Assembly: GCA_965116495.1 (NCBI GenBank)
Contig: OZ220696.1
Span: 3,872,001 to 3,936,000, forward strand
DNA from: Gammaproteobacteria bacterium
GTDB lineage: Bacteria; Pseudomonadota; Gammaproteobacteria; Eutrophobiales; Eutrophobiaceae
Direction: 5' to 3'
Length of the DNA: 64,000 nucleotides
The notes below the pieces were generated by a model. That model had not been told where the DNA came from and did no database searches. It worked only from the letters and a program-made list of their open reading frames with translations. The position numbers and the translations under genes are program-made. Position 1 is the first letter of the stretch. Each line of letters begins with the position of its first letter. Positions 1-10,190 of the stretch are shown here, in pieces.

Positions 1-1
1 G

Positions 2-214
2 AGACGCTATGCCGTCCTGGCGGGTATTACCAAGACACTCTCACCGCATGTAATCAGACATGCCTTTGCCACCCACTTGTTGAACAATGGCGCGGACCTG
101 CGCGTGGTACAGATGTTGCTGGGACACAGCGATATCTCGACAACACAGATATATACCCACGTCGCCAGGGAACGGCTGAAAAACCTGCATGCCGAACACC
201 ATCCGCGTGGGTGA
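2..214 (+). CDS. xerD: Tyrosine recombinase XerD, C-terminal part (cut by window start; not in ORF track)
   Basis: Frame 2 reads [70 protein letters not shown], with the HxxRH, LGH and catalytic Y motifs; lies upstream of dsbC as is typical. Confidence 0.95.
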   Translation, partial: RRYAVLAGITKTLSPHVIRHAFATHLLNNGADLRVVQMLLGHSDISTTQIYTHVARERLKNLHAEHHPRG

Positions 215-248
215 GCCGGAAAGAGAAACAGACACTTAATGTGCGTTT

Positions 249-324
249 GATGTGCGCCTTCCCTGGCGCACACCTTGCGGGCGCTCTCTGAGCGTCCAAA
301 CCTGCTCCTGGTAGATTTGTCCCG
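249..324 (-). repeat. 76-bp three-hairpin repeat module (second copy at 21075-21150)
   Basis: Reverse complement CGGGACAAATCTACCAGGAGCAGGTTTGGACGCTCAGAGAGCGCCCGCAAGGTGTGCGCCAGGGAAGGCGCACATC aligns gap-free with 21075-21150. Confidence 0.85.
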
Positions 325-477
325 GCGAACAGTGAACTAGGGATGGCGAGGCTGGGGCTTATCGAAGTCATTAATGTTGCGCCAGATTGGAATACTAACG
401 CGGGATTTGGGTAACCAAGTTGGACTTTACTATTGTCCGTAGATAGAATTAATACAAATTAGACAAGGAGGCGATAT

Positions 478-1197
478 ATGCGATTTGATTGGGTATTATT
501 TTTTTCGGTTTTCCTGTTTTCCTCTGGTATAAACGCCGACCCGGACCGGGACAGCCTGTTACGCAAATCTATCAGTGATGTTTTTCCGGACGTTGAAATC
601 ACCCGGATCAAGCCGGCGCCCGTTCCCGGACTGTACGAAGTCATGCTCGGCACGGACATGATCTACCTGAGCGAAGACGGCCGCTATATCCTGCAAGGGG
701 ACCTGATCGACCTGGGTGAAAGGATTAACCTGAGTGAACGGGAACGTGCAACCGCCAGGAAAGAAGTACTGGAAAGTATCCCCGCGAGCGAGACCATAGA
801 CTTCTCTCCCCCCGCTAAACAGCATACTGTCTATGTATTCACGGATATTACCTGCGGCTATTGCCGGCGGTTCCACAGCCACATGGCGGAGTTGAACGAG
901 AAGGGTGTGGCGGTCAGATACCTGGCTTTCCCCCGCGCGGGTATTGGTACGGATTCTTTCAGGGATATGGAATCGGTCTGGTGTGCCGCGGACCCGAATG
1001 CAGCCATGACCATGGCCAAGCAGGGCAACCAGGTAGCGCCGGCACAGTGCGATAACCCGGTGAAGCGGCAATATGAACTGGGGCAATCCCTGGGAGTGCG
1101 GGGGACGCCCGCCATTTACCTGGAAAACGGACAGGAAATGCCCGGGTACGTCCCGCCGGACGACCTGCTTGAGGCGCTTAACCATTACGCAGGCTGA
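478..1197 (+). CDS. dsbC: Periplasmic thiol:disulfide isomerase DsbC
   Basis: Signal peptide, N-terminal dimerisation domain, FTDITCGYC active site, GVRGTP cis-Pro motif; GGAGG RBS. Confidence 0.95.
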   Translation: MRFDWVLFFSVFLFSSGINADPDRDSLLRKSISDVFPDVEITRIKPAPVPGLYEVMLGTDMIYLSEDGRYILQGDLIDLGERINLSERERATARKEVLESIPASETIDFSPPAKQHTVYVFTDITCGYCRRFHSHMAELNEKGVAVRYLAFPRAGIGTDSFRDMESVWCAADPNAAMTMAKQGNQVAPAQCDNPVKRQYELGQSLGVRGTPAIYLENGQEMPGYVPPDDLLEALNHYAG

Positions 1198-1206
1198 ACT
1201 GCAGTA

Positions 1207-1953
1207 TCAGGGGATGGACTTCAAGTCCGTCCCCGGTGAGCGCTGCTGCAGTTCCCCACGCAATGATTTGATCACCGCAACCGTCCTGCTGCCGTCTTTT
1301 TCGGTGTGCTCGACCTTTATCGGCAGAAACTCCAGGTCGGGCGCGCACCAGAAAACGGACCTACGGCTGCTGCCGGGTTTGTGCCTGAGCATTTTCACGG
1401 TATTGAAACTGCCCAGGGGCGTGTCGACGATTTCCTCGCCCAGTTTCTCGAAACGGTAAGTCTTAATCCCCCCTCCGTCGGCTATCAGGTAGGTATCGGG
1501 CGTCTGCCCGTTTTGCAGATCGTACATGATTGCGAGCTGGTAAAGCAGTTTGTCCATCACGGCCGGTTCTATCGGCATGTGCCAGAAATCGCCGTTAATC
1601 GTATTTTTTATTTTGCTGGTCTGCCAGTTGAACTCGATGGAGACGTCACGTTTTTTCCTGTCACCGGTTCGCTTGTAAGTGTAGTAGACCGGCCTGAGCA
1701 GCCGTTCCCGGACAGTCAGACGGCTGGTTTCGATAATATGCACCTTTCTGAATAATGAAATCAGGCCGACCGTTTTCGTCTCGGAACGGTACTCGTAACT
1801 GTTATCATCCTGTCTTGTCAGGCGCCGGGTTACCCGTGCAGCTTTTGTGTTTTTGGCGTATAGCGTATATTCCGCTTCGAAAGCAGGCAGGACAGCAACG
1901 CTTTCGGCCCATATGAAGCCCGGCATCACGAGCAGGCAGAAAAAAATCAGCAT
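1207..1953 (-). CDS. Exported DUF3108-like protein
   Basis: Signal peptide from ATG 1953 (MLIFFCLLV), then F.AEY.L, E.IVDTPLGSFNT and W.APDL.FLPIKV motifs. Confidence 0.75.
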   Translation of the reverse strand: MLIFFCLLVMPGFIWAESVAVLPAFEAEYTLYAKNTKAARVTRRLTRQDDNSYEYRSETKTVGLISLFRKVHIIETSRLTVRERLLRPVYYTYKRTGDRKKRDVSIEFNWQTSKIKNTINGDFWHMPIEPAVMDKLLYQLAIMYDLQNGQTPDTYLIADGGGIKTYRFEKLGEEIVDTPLGSFNTVKMLRHKPGSSRRSVFWCAPDLEFLPIKVEHTEKDGSRTVAVIKSLRGELQQRSPGTDLKSIP

Positions 1954-2013
1954 TGTGAATAACCGGGGAACGGCGGTATAGTAAACCTGCCGTAAATTTG
2001 GTTCTGTCGGGAC

Positions 2014-3468
2014 ATGCAGACAACTCGAAAAAATTTTTATCCCAGTAATCATTCAAATATCCTGGTAGCCGGTGACGTGATGCTGGATCGTTACGTTTAT
2101 GGTGATGCCGACAGGATTTCACCGGAAGCGCCGGTCCCGGTGGTAAAGGTGGGCAGAATTGAGGAACGACCGGGCGCCGCCGCTAATGTCGCAGCCAATA
2201 TCAGCTGCCTGGGGTTGAAAGTCACGCTGGCTGGCATTACCGGAGAGGATGAGGAGGCCGGGGTTCTGGAGCGGGCATTATCGGAATTGGGAGTCAGTTC
2301 TCGTTTTTATCGTCAACCTGGGACTTCCACTATAACCAAACTCCGGGTTTTAAGTCAAAACCAGCAATTACTGCGCCTGGATTACGAGGATGATTTCGCG
2401 GCGGACGCGACCGGCCCGCTGCAGGAGATTTATGCCGGGCTGCTGCGCGACGCGACTGTTGTGGTGTTATCCGATTATGCCAAAGGTAGCCTGGCCCGTG
2501 TGGAGGCCTTCATCAGGCTCGCCGCCGGACGTACCCTGCCTGTCATAATCGACCCGAAAGGCACTGATTTCTCCCGCTATAAAAACGCCGCGGTACTGAC
2601 GCCGAACTACCGGGAGTTCGAGGCCGTTGCGGGTGCTTGCATGACCGAGGAACAGGTATGTACAAAAGGCATGAACCTGTGTGAAACATTATCACTTGAC
2701 GCCTTGCTCATTACCCGGGGCAGGCGCGGGATAACCCTCCTGGACAGGGCAAATCATGAAATTATCGATCTCCCGGCTGAAACCCGCGAGGTCTATGATG
2801 TCACCGGCGCCGGCGATACCGTCATCGCGACGTTTGCGGCAGCTGTTGCCTCCGGTTACGACTACCGGGATGCCGTCGGCTTCGCCAACGCGGCCGCCGG
2901 TATTGCCGTACAGAAGCTGGGTACGGCGGCCGTACGCCTCGCTGAATTAAATGCCCCCGTTGCCCATTCCGCCGCACGGGGGAGCGCCAGGCACATGCAG
3001 CTTGACGGCCTGCTCGATGCGCTCAGCGCGAGCAGGAGGAATGGAGAAAAAATCGTCATGACCAACGGTTGTTTTGATCTCCTGCACGCAGGCCACGTCG
3101 ACTACCTGGAACAGGCCAGGGCGCTGGGTGACAGGCTGCTCGTCGCGGTAAATGATGATGCGTCCGTGCGCAGGCTCAAGGGCGCCGGCAGACCGTTGCA
3201 TGACCTGGAAAAACGCCTGAAGGTACTGGCGGGACTGGCCGCGGTCGACTGGCTGGTTACGTTTTCCGAGGATACGCCGGAGCGATTGGTGGAACAGATC
3301 AGTCCCGACCTGCTGGTAAAGGGCGGTGATTATGCCGTCGATGAGATTGCCGGGGCCGGGCATGTAAAAAAACAGGGAGGCGAAGTAAAAGTACTGCCGC
3401 TGGTGGATGGCTGTTCGACCAGCAGTATTGTGGCCCAAATCAGGAATACCGGCCGGGGCTCGGCATGA
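2014..3468 (+). CDS. hldE: Bifunctional heptose-7-phosphate kinase / heptose-1-phosphate adenylyltransferase
   Basis: GDVMLDRY, RISPEAPVPV and DVTGAGDT (PfkB) motifs plus C-terminal TNGCFDLLHAGH domain. Confidence 0.96.
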   Translation: MQTTRKNFYPSNHSNILVAGDVMLDRYVYGDADRISPEAPVPVVKVGRIEERPGAAANVAANISCLGLKVTLAGITGEDEEAGVLERALSELGVSSRFYRQPGTSTITKLRVLSQNQQLLRLDYEDDFAADATGPLQEIYAGLLRDATVVVLSDYAKGSLARVEAFIRLAAGRTLPVIIDPKGTDFSRYKNAAVLTPNYREFEAVAGACMTEEQVCTKGMNLCETLSLDALLITRGRRGITLLDRANHEIIDLPAETREVYDVTGAGDTVIATFAAAVASGYDYRDAVGFANAAAGIAVQKLGTAAVRLAELNAPVAHSAARGSARHMQLDGLLDALSASRRNGEKIVMTNGCFDLLHAGHVDYLEQARALGDRLLVAVNDDASVRRLKGAGRPLHDLEKRLKVLAGLAAVDWLVTFSEDTPERLVEQISPDLLVKGGDYAVDEIAGAGHVKKQGGEVKVLPLVDGCSTSSIVAQIRNTGRGSA

Positions 3469-4397
3469 TCGTCATTACCGGGGCAGCCGGGTTTATCGGC
3501 AGTAACCTGGTGCGCGGCCTGAATGCGGCCGGGCGTACGGATATTATTGCCGTCGATGATTTATCCGATGGGACCAAGTTCCGCAACCTGGTTGATTGCG
3601 ATTTTCTGGATTATCTCGACAAGGATGAGTTCATCTCTTCCCTGCACCACAGGCTGGACGGCGTGGAACTCGTGTTTCACCAGGGCGCCTGCTCGGATAC
3701 CCGGGAATGGGACGGCAAATTCATGCTGGAAAACAATTACGCCTGGTCCCGCAACCTGCTGGATGCCTGTATCGTCAACAACGTTGCCTTCATTTATGCT
3801 TCCAGCGCCGCGGTGTATGGCGGCAGTCGAAGTTTTATCGAGAAGCCGCACTGCGAGAAGCCCGTGAATGTATATGGTTACTCCAAGCTGTTGTTCGATC
3901 GCTATGCCCGCCGGATGGCGCAAAATCCAGCCTCCCGGATAACGGGATTGAGGTACTTCAACGTCTACGGCCCCGGCGAGCAACACAAGGGCGCAATGGC
4001 CAGCGTGGTATTCCAGTTGAATAAACAATTACTGGAAACCGGCGCGGTAAACCTGTTCAGGGGCAGCGGCGGCTACGCGGACGGGGAACAGCGCCGGGAT
4101 TTTATTTATATCGATGACGTTATTGACGTTAATCTGTGGTTCATGAATAACAGCGGGAACAGCGGTATATTCAACGTCGGTACCAGCAGGAGCAGGAGCT
4201 TTAACGATGTCGCCCGGCTGGTGACGGACTGGCATGGCAAGGGCAGTATCCGCTACGTGGATTTCCCCGAGGGTCTCTTGCCCGCTTACCAGAGCTTTAC
4301 CCAGGCGGATGTTTCGGCATTGCGGGAGGCCGGCTACCGGACTCCGTTCAAGGGATTGGAAAAGGGCATCGGAACATACCTGGACCGGTTGAATTGA
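3465..4397 (+). CDS. hldD: ADP-L-glycero-D-manno-heptose 6-epimerase
   Basis: MIVITGAAGFIGSN, FHQGACS, YGYSK, LRYFNVYGP.E.HKG.MASV; ATGA overlap with hldE. Confidence 0.96.
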   Translation: MIVITGAAGFIGSNLVRGLNAAGRTDIIAVDDLSDGTKFRNLVDCDFLDYLDKDEFISSLHHRLDGVELVFHQGACSDTREWDGKFMLENNYAWSRNLLDACIVNNVAFIYASSAAVYGGSRSFIEKPHCEKPVNVYGYSKLLFDRYARRMAQNPASRITGLRYFNVYGPGEQHKGAMASVVFQLNKQLLETGAVNLFRGSGGYADGEQRRDFIYIDDVIDVNLWFMNNSGNSGIFNVGTSRSRSFNDVARLVTDWHGKGSIRYVDFPEGLLPAYQSFTQADVSALREAGYRTPFKGLEKGIGTYLDRLN

Positions 4398-4408
4398 AAT
4401 CCGGACCC

Positions 4409-5683
4409 ATGCGGTTTATATACAGCCTCGTACTGTACCTGTCCGTACCCCTGGTGTTGCTGAAACTGCTGTTGCGTGGGCTGAAAAACGCAGCTTACCT
4501 GGAACGTATCCCCGAGCGGTTCGGATGCGTACCGGAACCGAAGTCCGGATTACCCCTGATCTGGGTTCACGCGGTATCCGTCGGCGAGGTGCAGGCGTCC
4601 GGCGCGCTGGTGAAGCGCCTGCTCAGAACGTATCCCGGCTATCAGGTACTGATGACGACCATCACACCGACGGGCGCGGCACAGGTAAGGTCTGTATTTG
4701 CGGGCGCGGCGGAGCATCGTTACCTGCCCTATGACCTGCCCCATGCTGTCCGCATGTTTCTGCGCAGGATCAATCCGGAGTTGCTGATAATCCTGGAGAC
4801 GGAAATATGGCCGAACCTGCTGCATTATTGTGAGCGTCGCGGCGTCCCCGCGATCCTGGTCAATGCCAGGCTGTCTTCCGCTTCATACCGCGGTTACCTG
4901 GGGTTGCGCCGCTTCTCGGCGTCTGCCGTGCAGTCGTTGAGTCATATCGCCGCCCGGGGCGCTGAGGACGCCGACCGTTTCCTGGCGCTGGGAGCGGACC
5001 CCGCCAAGGTCTCGGTAACAGGCGACCTGAAGTTCGACATCGAGGCGGATAATGGCGTCGCCGACAAGGCGCTGTCATTGCGGCGAGAGCTTGCTGCAGG
5101 CCGTCCTGTATGGATCGCGGCCAGCACCCACGAAGGTGAAGAAGAACAGATCCTGGATGCATTCCGCCAGGTCAGTGAAACGCTTGCGGAGTGCCTGCTG
5201 GTTATCGCGCCGCGTCATCCCGAACGCTTCAATAAGGTATATAAGCTGTGCCGGCGCCGCGGCCTGTACGTCGTCAGGCATACCGACGCCGCAGGCGCTG
5301 CGCCCCGGGATACAAACATATATTTGCTGGATACGCTGGGAGAGCTCCCCCTGTTCTACGCCTGTGCCGATGTAGCGTTCATCGGCGGCAGCCTGGTCCC
5401 TGCAGGAGGACACAATGTGCTGGAAGCAGCCAGGTTGGGCGTGCCGCTGATAAGCGGGAAGCATACCGGCAATTTCGCGGAGATTACCGGTTTGTTCAAG
5501 GCCGCCGATGCAATCATGATCGCGGCCGGTGCCTCACAACTGGCCGCGGTAGTTATCCGCTTGTTGCAGGACGGCGAACTGAGGCAAACCTGTGGTGAAC
5601 GCGGGCAACGGCTGGTGCAGCAGAATCAAGGCGCGATCGACTCGGTCATGGCATTGCTGGAAGGATATGTGGGGTCGGAGTAA
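4409..5683 (+). CDS. waaA: Kdo transferase
   Basis: IWVHAVSVGE, ETEIWPN, GDLKFD, AASTHEGEE, APRHPERF and GGHN.LE motifs. Confidence 0.95.
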   Translation: MRFIYSLVLYLSVPLVLLKLLLRGLKNAAYLERIPERFGCVPEPKSGLPLIWVHAVSVGEVQASGALVKRLLRTYPGYQVLMTTITPTGAAQVRSVFAGAAEHRYLPYDLPHAVRMFLRRINPELLIILETEIWPNLLHYCERRGVPAILVNARLSSASYRGYLGLRRFSASAVQSLSHIAARGAEDADRFLALGADPAKVSVTGDLKFDIEADNGVADKALSLRRELAAGRPVWIAASTHEGEEEQILDAFRQVSETLAECLLVIAPRHPERFNKVYKLCRRRGLYVVRHTDAAGAAPRDTNIYLLDTLGELPLFYACADVAFIGGSLVPAGGHNVLEAARLGVPLISGKHTGNFAEITGLFKAADAIMIAAGASQLAAVVIRLLQDGELRQTCGERGQRLVQQNQGAIDSVMALLEGYVGSE

Positions 5684-5985
5684 AAATATGGTTGATCAGG
5701 CCGGGCGCTCTGAATTGTGTAAGTTTTTTTACTCCGACCCCAAGTACCTCTTGATTGTTATATACGCAACCACTAACCTGTACATGGTGGTTCGGTTTAA
5801 AGAGACAGTGAAACGATAAGATAGAGACTTCTTAAATCGATTTCTTCTCTATTAGTTGCGATCACAACCATGTCAAATGTATGATTGTATTAAAGGTATC
5901 TTATAATAGTTAAGCTACCCAGTTCGCCGTGACTTTTATATTGTTGTAGTTACAAATCATAACTATAGATAAAAGGGGGCTTTGA

Positions 5986-8277
5986 ATGAATCAAGGTAAT
6001 TCCAAAAAACGCTTCTCACCCTTATCTCACTGCGGACTGATGGCAATCGCTGCGGCAATCGTCTGGGTACCGACAATATCCGTTGCCCAAGATGTCCTGG
6101 AAGAGATCATCGTCACGGCAACCAAGCGTGAAGAGTCACTTCAGGATGCACCGTTATCGGTCAGTGCGTTTACGGGTAGTGATCTTCAACGCCAGGGCGT
6201 TGCCGATATGCAAGGACTATCCAATATCGTTCCTAATGTGACCATTGGTACGGAAGGGGCGCGGGATGCAACCTATATCGCCATTCGCGGTATCTCACAG
6301 AGCGAACGTCGTAATACGGATGATGCCACCACGCCATTCTTTATAGATGGTGCGACTGTGCCCAGGATGTCGGGTGTTGCAGCTTATTTCTATGATGTTG
6401 AGCGTCTTGAAGTACTGCGCGGCCCCCAGGGTACATTATACGGCCGTAACAGTACGACCGGCGTGGTTAACCTCATAACCAGGAAACCTAATTTTGATGG
6501 CATAAATGGCGATTTCGAGTTGGGCTATGGCGATTACAATGATTTCACGGCAAATGGCGCGATTAATTTACCCTTATCTGGTGATGTCGCGGGGCGAGTG
6601 GCCTTTACCTACAGAGAACGTGATGGCTATCGTGATAATGGACCCGACATTGAGGATTCAGATGATGCGGATGACTTCGGTATACGCGGCCACCTGTTAT
6701 GGAATGTCACCGATGACACATCACTGTTATTTACCGCAGATTATTACCAGAGGAAGGGCGTCGGTCTGAATATCTACGGGGTGCCATGCGAGTCTGACGT
6801 AACATGTCAGCTGGGTTCGGGCATCACCAGTAACAAAGGAAATGTACCGCTGAATACCCAACCTTTTCGTGATAACTCCGACACCGATTTTAAGTTTGAA
6901 TTGAATCATAGTTTTGAAAACTTCGATTTCACCGGACTGGTCTCCTACCGGGAGCATGAGCGAGATTATCAGAATGATGAAGGGTGGGGAGACAGTTTGA
7001 GGGGCATCCCGGTTAAGGCAGATGTTGTAGAAACCACCGAGTCTGAATCCATTAGCGCTGAAGTGCGATTCACTTCCACCACGGATGGCCCACTACAATG
7101 GATACTGGGCGGCTATATGCTGGATGAGGAAATCAACGGCACCTTCTTTTTCCGTCCGGTATTCGTTGGCAGTCCTTTTGTGGGTAATCACCTGAACCTC
7201 CAGTTTACGGATGATGATTTGAGTATTGAATCCTGGGCGGTATTTGGCAACCTGGCCTATGATGTCACTGATCAATTGACCCTTAGAGGCGGCGTCCGCT
7301 ATACCGACGATGAGAAGGACAAGGGCGGTAGCGCTACGGACCCGTCCGCGGGTAGTTTTATGAGAGTCGGCATATTGGAATCGGGAATAATCTTTGGCCC
7401 ACCTTTCCGTGCGCAGGTGGCTAATCCCAAGTGGGACAAGGTGACCTACAATGTTGGTTTTGACTATGCTATCAATGATGATGCCATGATCTATGCCAAG
7501 TTCAGCACCGGCTACAAGGCGGGTGGTTTTAACCGTGGCAGCGCCGGTCCCGGCACTGCGCCACCGGTTTTTATGCTGGATGTATACGACCCTGAAGAGG
7601 TGGATGCTTTTGAGATCGGTTATAAGGGAACCTTACTGAATGGCCGGGCGCGGTTTAACATTGCCGGATTTTATAACGACTATGCAAGTAAGGTAGAATC
7701 AGTAGTCAGAACCATTAATGGCGTACCTACCAATACCGCAGTCAATGCAACGGATGTTGAGGTCTGGGGTGTTGAAGTAGAGACTTCAATGGTATACGGT
7801 AATTCCGGTGGACGGGTTGATTTCAACCTGGGTTACCTGGATGCGACCTATGGTACGTTCGATAATCTGCCGGACCCTATTATCGGTAGTGGGGCAACCC
7901 TTGATGTTTCCGGAGCAACAGTGCTTAATGCGCCTGACTGGAACCTGACTTTGACCTGGGTCCCCGTCGAGTGGGGTGTGATGAATGGTCGCTTATCCCC
8001 AATGGTGCAGGTGGCATATAAGTCAAAATATAAAACACGCGCACATGGATTGTTGAATGATATCCAGGATGATTTCACTCGGACCAATCTCAGCCTGCAT
8101 TGGGAGTCTGATAATAACGGCTTCTATGGAGAGGCATATGTGCGTAATCTTGAGGATGAAACTATCCAGACAAACTCAGACTGTGCTAATCAGCTTCAGG
8201 GCGGCCTGGGTATCGGTTGCAGAAAGATGTTTGCTCCCCCGCGTACCTTCGGAGTAAGGGCGGGCTATCGCTTCTGA
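5986..8277 (+). CDS. TonB-dependent outer-membrane receptor
   Basis: Signal peptide, EEIIVTATKRE TonB box, ERLEVLRGPQGTLYGRN plug motif, C-terminal Phe. Confidence 0.93.
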   Translation: MNQGNSKKRFSPLSHCGLMAIAAAIVWVPTISVAQDVLEEIIVTATKREESLQDAPLSVSAFTGSDLQRQGVADMQGLSNIVPNVTIGTEGARDATYIAIRGISQSERRNTDDATTPFFIDGATVPRMSGVAAYFYDVERLEVLRGPQGTLYGRNSTTGVVNLITRKPNFDGINGDFELGYGDYNDFTANGAINLPLSGDVAGRVAFTYRERDGYRDNGPDIEDSDDADDFGIRGHLLWNVTDDTSLLFTADYYQRKGVGLNIYGVPCESDVTCQLGSGITSNKGNVPLNTQPFRDNSDTDFKFELNHSFENFDFTGLVSYREHERDYQNDEGWGDSLRGIPVKADVVETTESESISAEVRFTSTTDGPLQWILGGYMLDEEINGTFFFRPVFVGSPFVGNHLNLQFTDDDLSIESWAVFGNLAYDVTDQLTLRGGVRYTDDEKDKGGSATDPSAGSFMRVGILESGIIFGPPFRAQVANPKWDKVTYNVGFDYAINDDAMIYAKFSTGYKAGGFNRGSAGPGTAPPVFMLDVYDPEEVDAFEIGYKGTLLNGRARFNIAGFYNDYASKVESVVRTINGVPTNTAVNATDVEVWGVEVETSMVYGNSGGRVDFNLGYLDATYGTFDNLPDPIIGSGATLDVSGATVLNAPDWNLTLTWVPVEWGVMNGRLSPMVQVAYKSKYKTRAHGLLNDIQDDFTRTNLSLHWESDNNGFYGEAYVRNLEDETIQTNSDCANQLQGGLGIGCRKMFAPPRTFGVRAGYRF

Positions 8278-8365
8278 TTCAATCATAAGACAAGGGAAAG
8301 GAGCACTACGAAGAGTTGTTCCAGTAACCAGTAAAAATTGTATTTAACCGTACCACCGAACCAGC

Positions 8366-8418
8366 GTAATGGGGGTCAGGTCGCACATTGCATATGTGTG
8401 CGACCTGACCCCCATTAC
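8366..8418. repeat. GGGGTCAG-class REP-like palindrome
   Basis: Perfect 22-bp arms GTAATGGGGGTCAGGTCGCACA / TGTGCGACCTGACCCCCATTAC; related arms at 29528-29626. Confidence 0.85.
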
Positions 8419-8493
8419 AGGATTGGCATTGATTTTGACGCCGGGCCCCTGTATCGTAGGAACTCCTGATTTTATCCCATAGGTTCCCAGATC

Positions 8494-8865
8494 ATGCTGA
8501 AAGCCGTAACAATACTTGCCTTATTGGTCCCTTCATTCGTCGCGGCTGCCGGCTTCCCGACAGTTGAAACAGTCAGGATGGTCGTCAGTTGTATGGCCGC
8601 GCTGGGCGATCAGACCGAAGAAAATTTACTCACCTGTGCGTGCCGGCAGGATGTTCTTGAGGCTGAAATGACCTTCGAGGATTTCGAGGAGGCCAGCCTG
8701 CAGGAACGCTATTCCGGGATGCCGGGCAAACGCGGCGGCCTGTTTCGTGATGATGATGCCAGCAGGGAATACCTTAAAGCGCTGAAAGCCGCCAGAAAGA
8801 AAGCGGGAACTGCGTGTCCCGAGGTCAGGAAGGTTAAGCGGGCGGGGGAGAGAAACTCCGAGTAG
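8494..8865 (+). CDS. Small exported Cys-containing protein of the type found beside PQQ-dehydrogenase clusters
   Basis: Signal peptide; FPT..V..V..CM, C.C..D and G.RGGLFR pattern; convergent with the SoxYZ-like gene. Confidence 0.7.
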   Translation: MLKAVTILALLVPSFVAAAGFPTVETVRMVVSCMAALGDQTEENLLTCACRQDVLEAEMTFEDFEEASLQERYSGMPGKRGGLFRDDDASREYLKALKAARKKAGTACPEVRKVKRAGERNSE

Positions 8866-8913
8866 TAAACCCGGTCGCCGGGCGATTATACTTCTTTGGG
8901 GACGGACTTAACT

Positions 8914-8945
8914 CCGTCGCCGGACAGATGGAAGTCCGGCGACGG
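8914..8945. terminator. GC-rich hairpin between convergent genes
   Basis: CCGTCGCCGGAC-N8-GTCCGGCGACGG perfect 12-bp stem; no clear U-tract. Confidence 0.5.
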
Positions 8946-8953
8946 CAGGATGG

Positions 8954-9790
8954 TCAATTAACAATAAATTCCGAAGACCACGACGCGTTTTTGGTATCCG
9001 TCGCTTCGATCGTCAATTTCCCCTCGTCTTCCGGCACGAAGAAGAAACGCAGGCTTGGGTCCATACTGATTGCAAAGGTCAATATTGCTTTCATTATCGG
9101 AGCCCCGTCGTAATTGACGTTCAACGTATTGACGAAATGCGCGGGGGGATGGACATGGGAGCCTATCCTCATCGGTTGCAACCCGGTAATGTTGGGATGT
9201 TTTATCTTGAGCTGCATCAGGTTCGGTTTCCTGTATTCAACATCGCCAATCAGTTTCATTTTCATCGCACCCATGTTGGCTATGGAATCACCGATGCTCT
9301 TGGGTGGCGGCGCAGAACATGCACCCGTTGCCCGGACAAAACTCTTGGCCATGTAAAGCTCGCCTGTATTCAACTCGGCAATGGCGCGCACATAGGTGTG
9401 GTCATTTACCCTGACGCGCATGGCCAGGTCGGCCTTGCCGCTGGCAGGAGTAAAATCAAACATGCCCACCAGCGGGACCGGGTTCTTGTCGATAAATACA
9501 TGCATCCGTTGTATGTACAGTTCATCGCTCTGGGGTATTTTGGTATGTATGGAAACCGGCGCCAGGGTGGCGTCTTCCGCCCTGTACGGAGCCTTGACTT
9601 CCAGAACGTTCTGCTCGGCATCTTCAACTATTTCCCTGTCCTGGAACGTTGCATAACGCAGGTTCTCCTCCCATGCCTGGTCTGACAATTTATGCCGCCA
9701 GTCATGGGGCATGACATCAGCAAACACTGCTGATACCGAAATGAACAATCCGGTAACATATATAAGCGTCTTTATGGTTTTGTGTAACAT
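8954..9790 (-). CDS. Quinoprotein dehydrogenase-associated fused SoxYZ-like carrier
   Basis: Signal peptide; APYRAEDA, IDKNPVP and V.A.GACSAPP (SoxY-like arm) followed by SoxZ-like I.HPN.TGLQ...ISMDPSLRF. Confidence 0.88.
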   Translation of the reverse strand: MLHKTIKTLIYVTGLFISVSAVFADVMPHDWRHKLSDQAWEENLRYATFQDREIVEDAEQNVLEVKAPYRAEDATLAPVSIHTKIPQSDELYIQRMHVFIDKNPVPLVGMFDFTPASGKADLAMRVRVNDHTYVRAIAELNTGELYMAKSFVRATGACSAPPPKSIGDSIANMGAMKMKLIGDVEYRKPNLMQLKIKHPNITGLQPMRIGSHVHPPAHFVNTLNVNYDGAPIMKAILTFAISMDPSLRFFFVPEDEGKLTIEATDTKNASWSSEFIVN

Positions 9791-10005
9791 ATGTTCCTCT
9801 GTAATTCCTGTTTTAAAACTTGTTTATCAAGACTGTTCCGGTAATCCGGTCTGGTCTGCCGAGTATACAATACCGATAATAGTATTTCCATTATTTGCAT
9901 GGATCCGGGACAGATCACGAATATATGCTTGACTTCTTCGTCTATAAGGGTGAAGAATGGGCCGATATGTAAAAAACTTGCTTATTGTATGAAAATTTCC
10001 TATAT

Positions 10006-10033
10006 TTGACATGTTCTAATATTGTGATAGTAT
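10006..10033 (+). promoter_or_regulatory. Putative sigma70 promoter of xoxF
   Basis: TTGACA-N16-TAGTAT with TG extension, in an AT-rich divergent intergenic region. Confidence 0.5.
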
Positions 10034-10190
10034 TCATTAAAATAATAACAGCATTAGGATAATAAAGTTTGACGCAGGGTTATCGCTCTGATAATTTAAC
10101 TCTCAGCTATCTTTCATGATCTCGAGATAGCGGGGAGGTCAATAAAATCGAGATCAAAATAACTTGTTATATATAAAAGAGGAGGAGGTC

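Noticed and set aside
1-214. Tyrosine recombinase as a prophage/island integrase
   Set aside because: The sequence and the position before dsbC match housekeeping XerD; no att site or phage genes are present
8954-9790. Sox thiosulfate oxidation
   Set aside because: This is a fused SoxYZ-like protein with an internal GACSAPP motif beside a PQQ dehydrogenase; no soxABX/CD genes are present
10100-10135. Riboswitch in the xoxF leader (GCTATCT...AGATAGC hairpin)
   Set aside because: It is a single short stem with no recognisable aptamer or terminator, which is insufficient evidence
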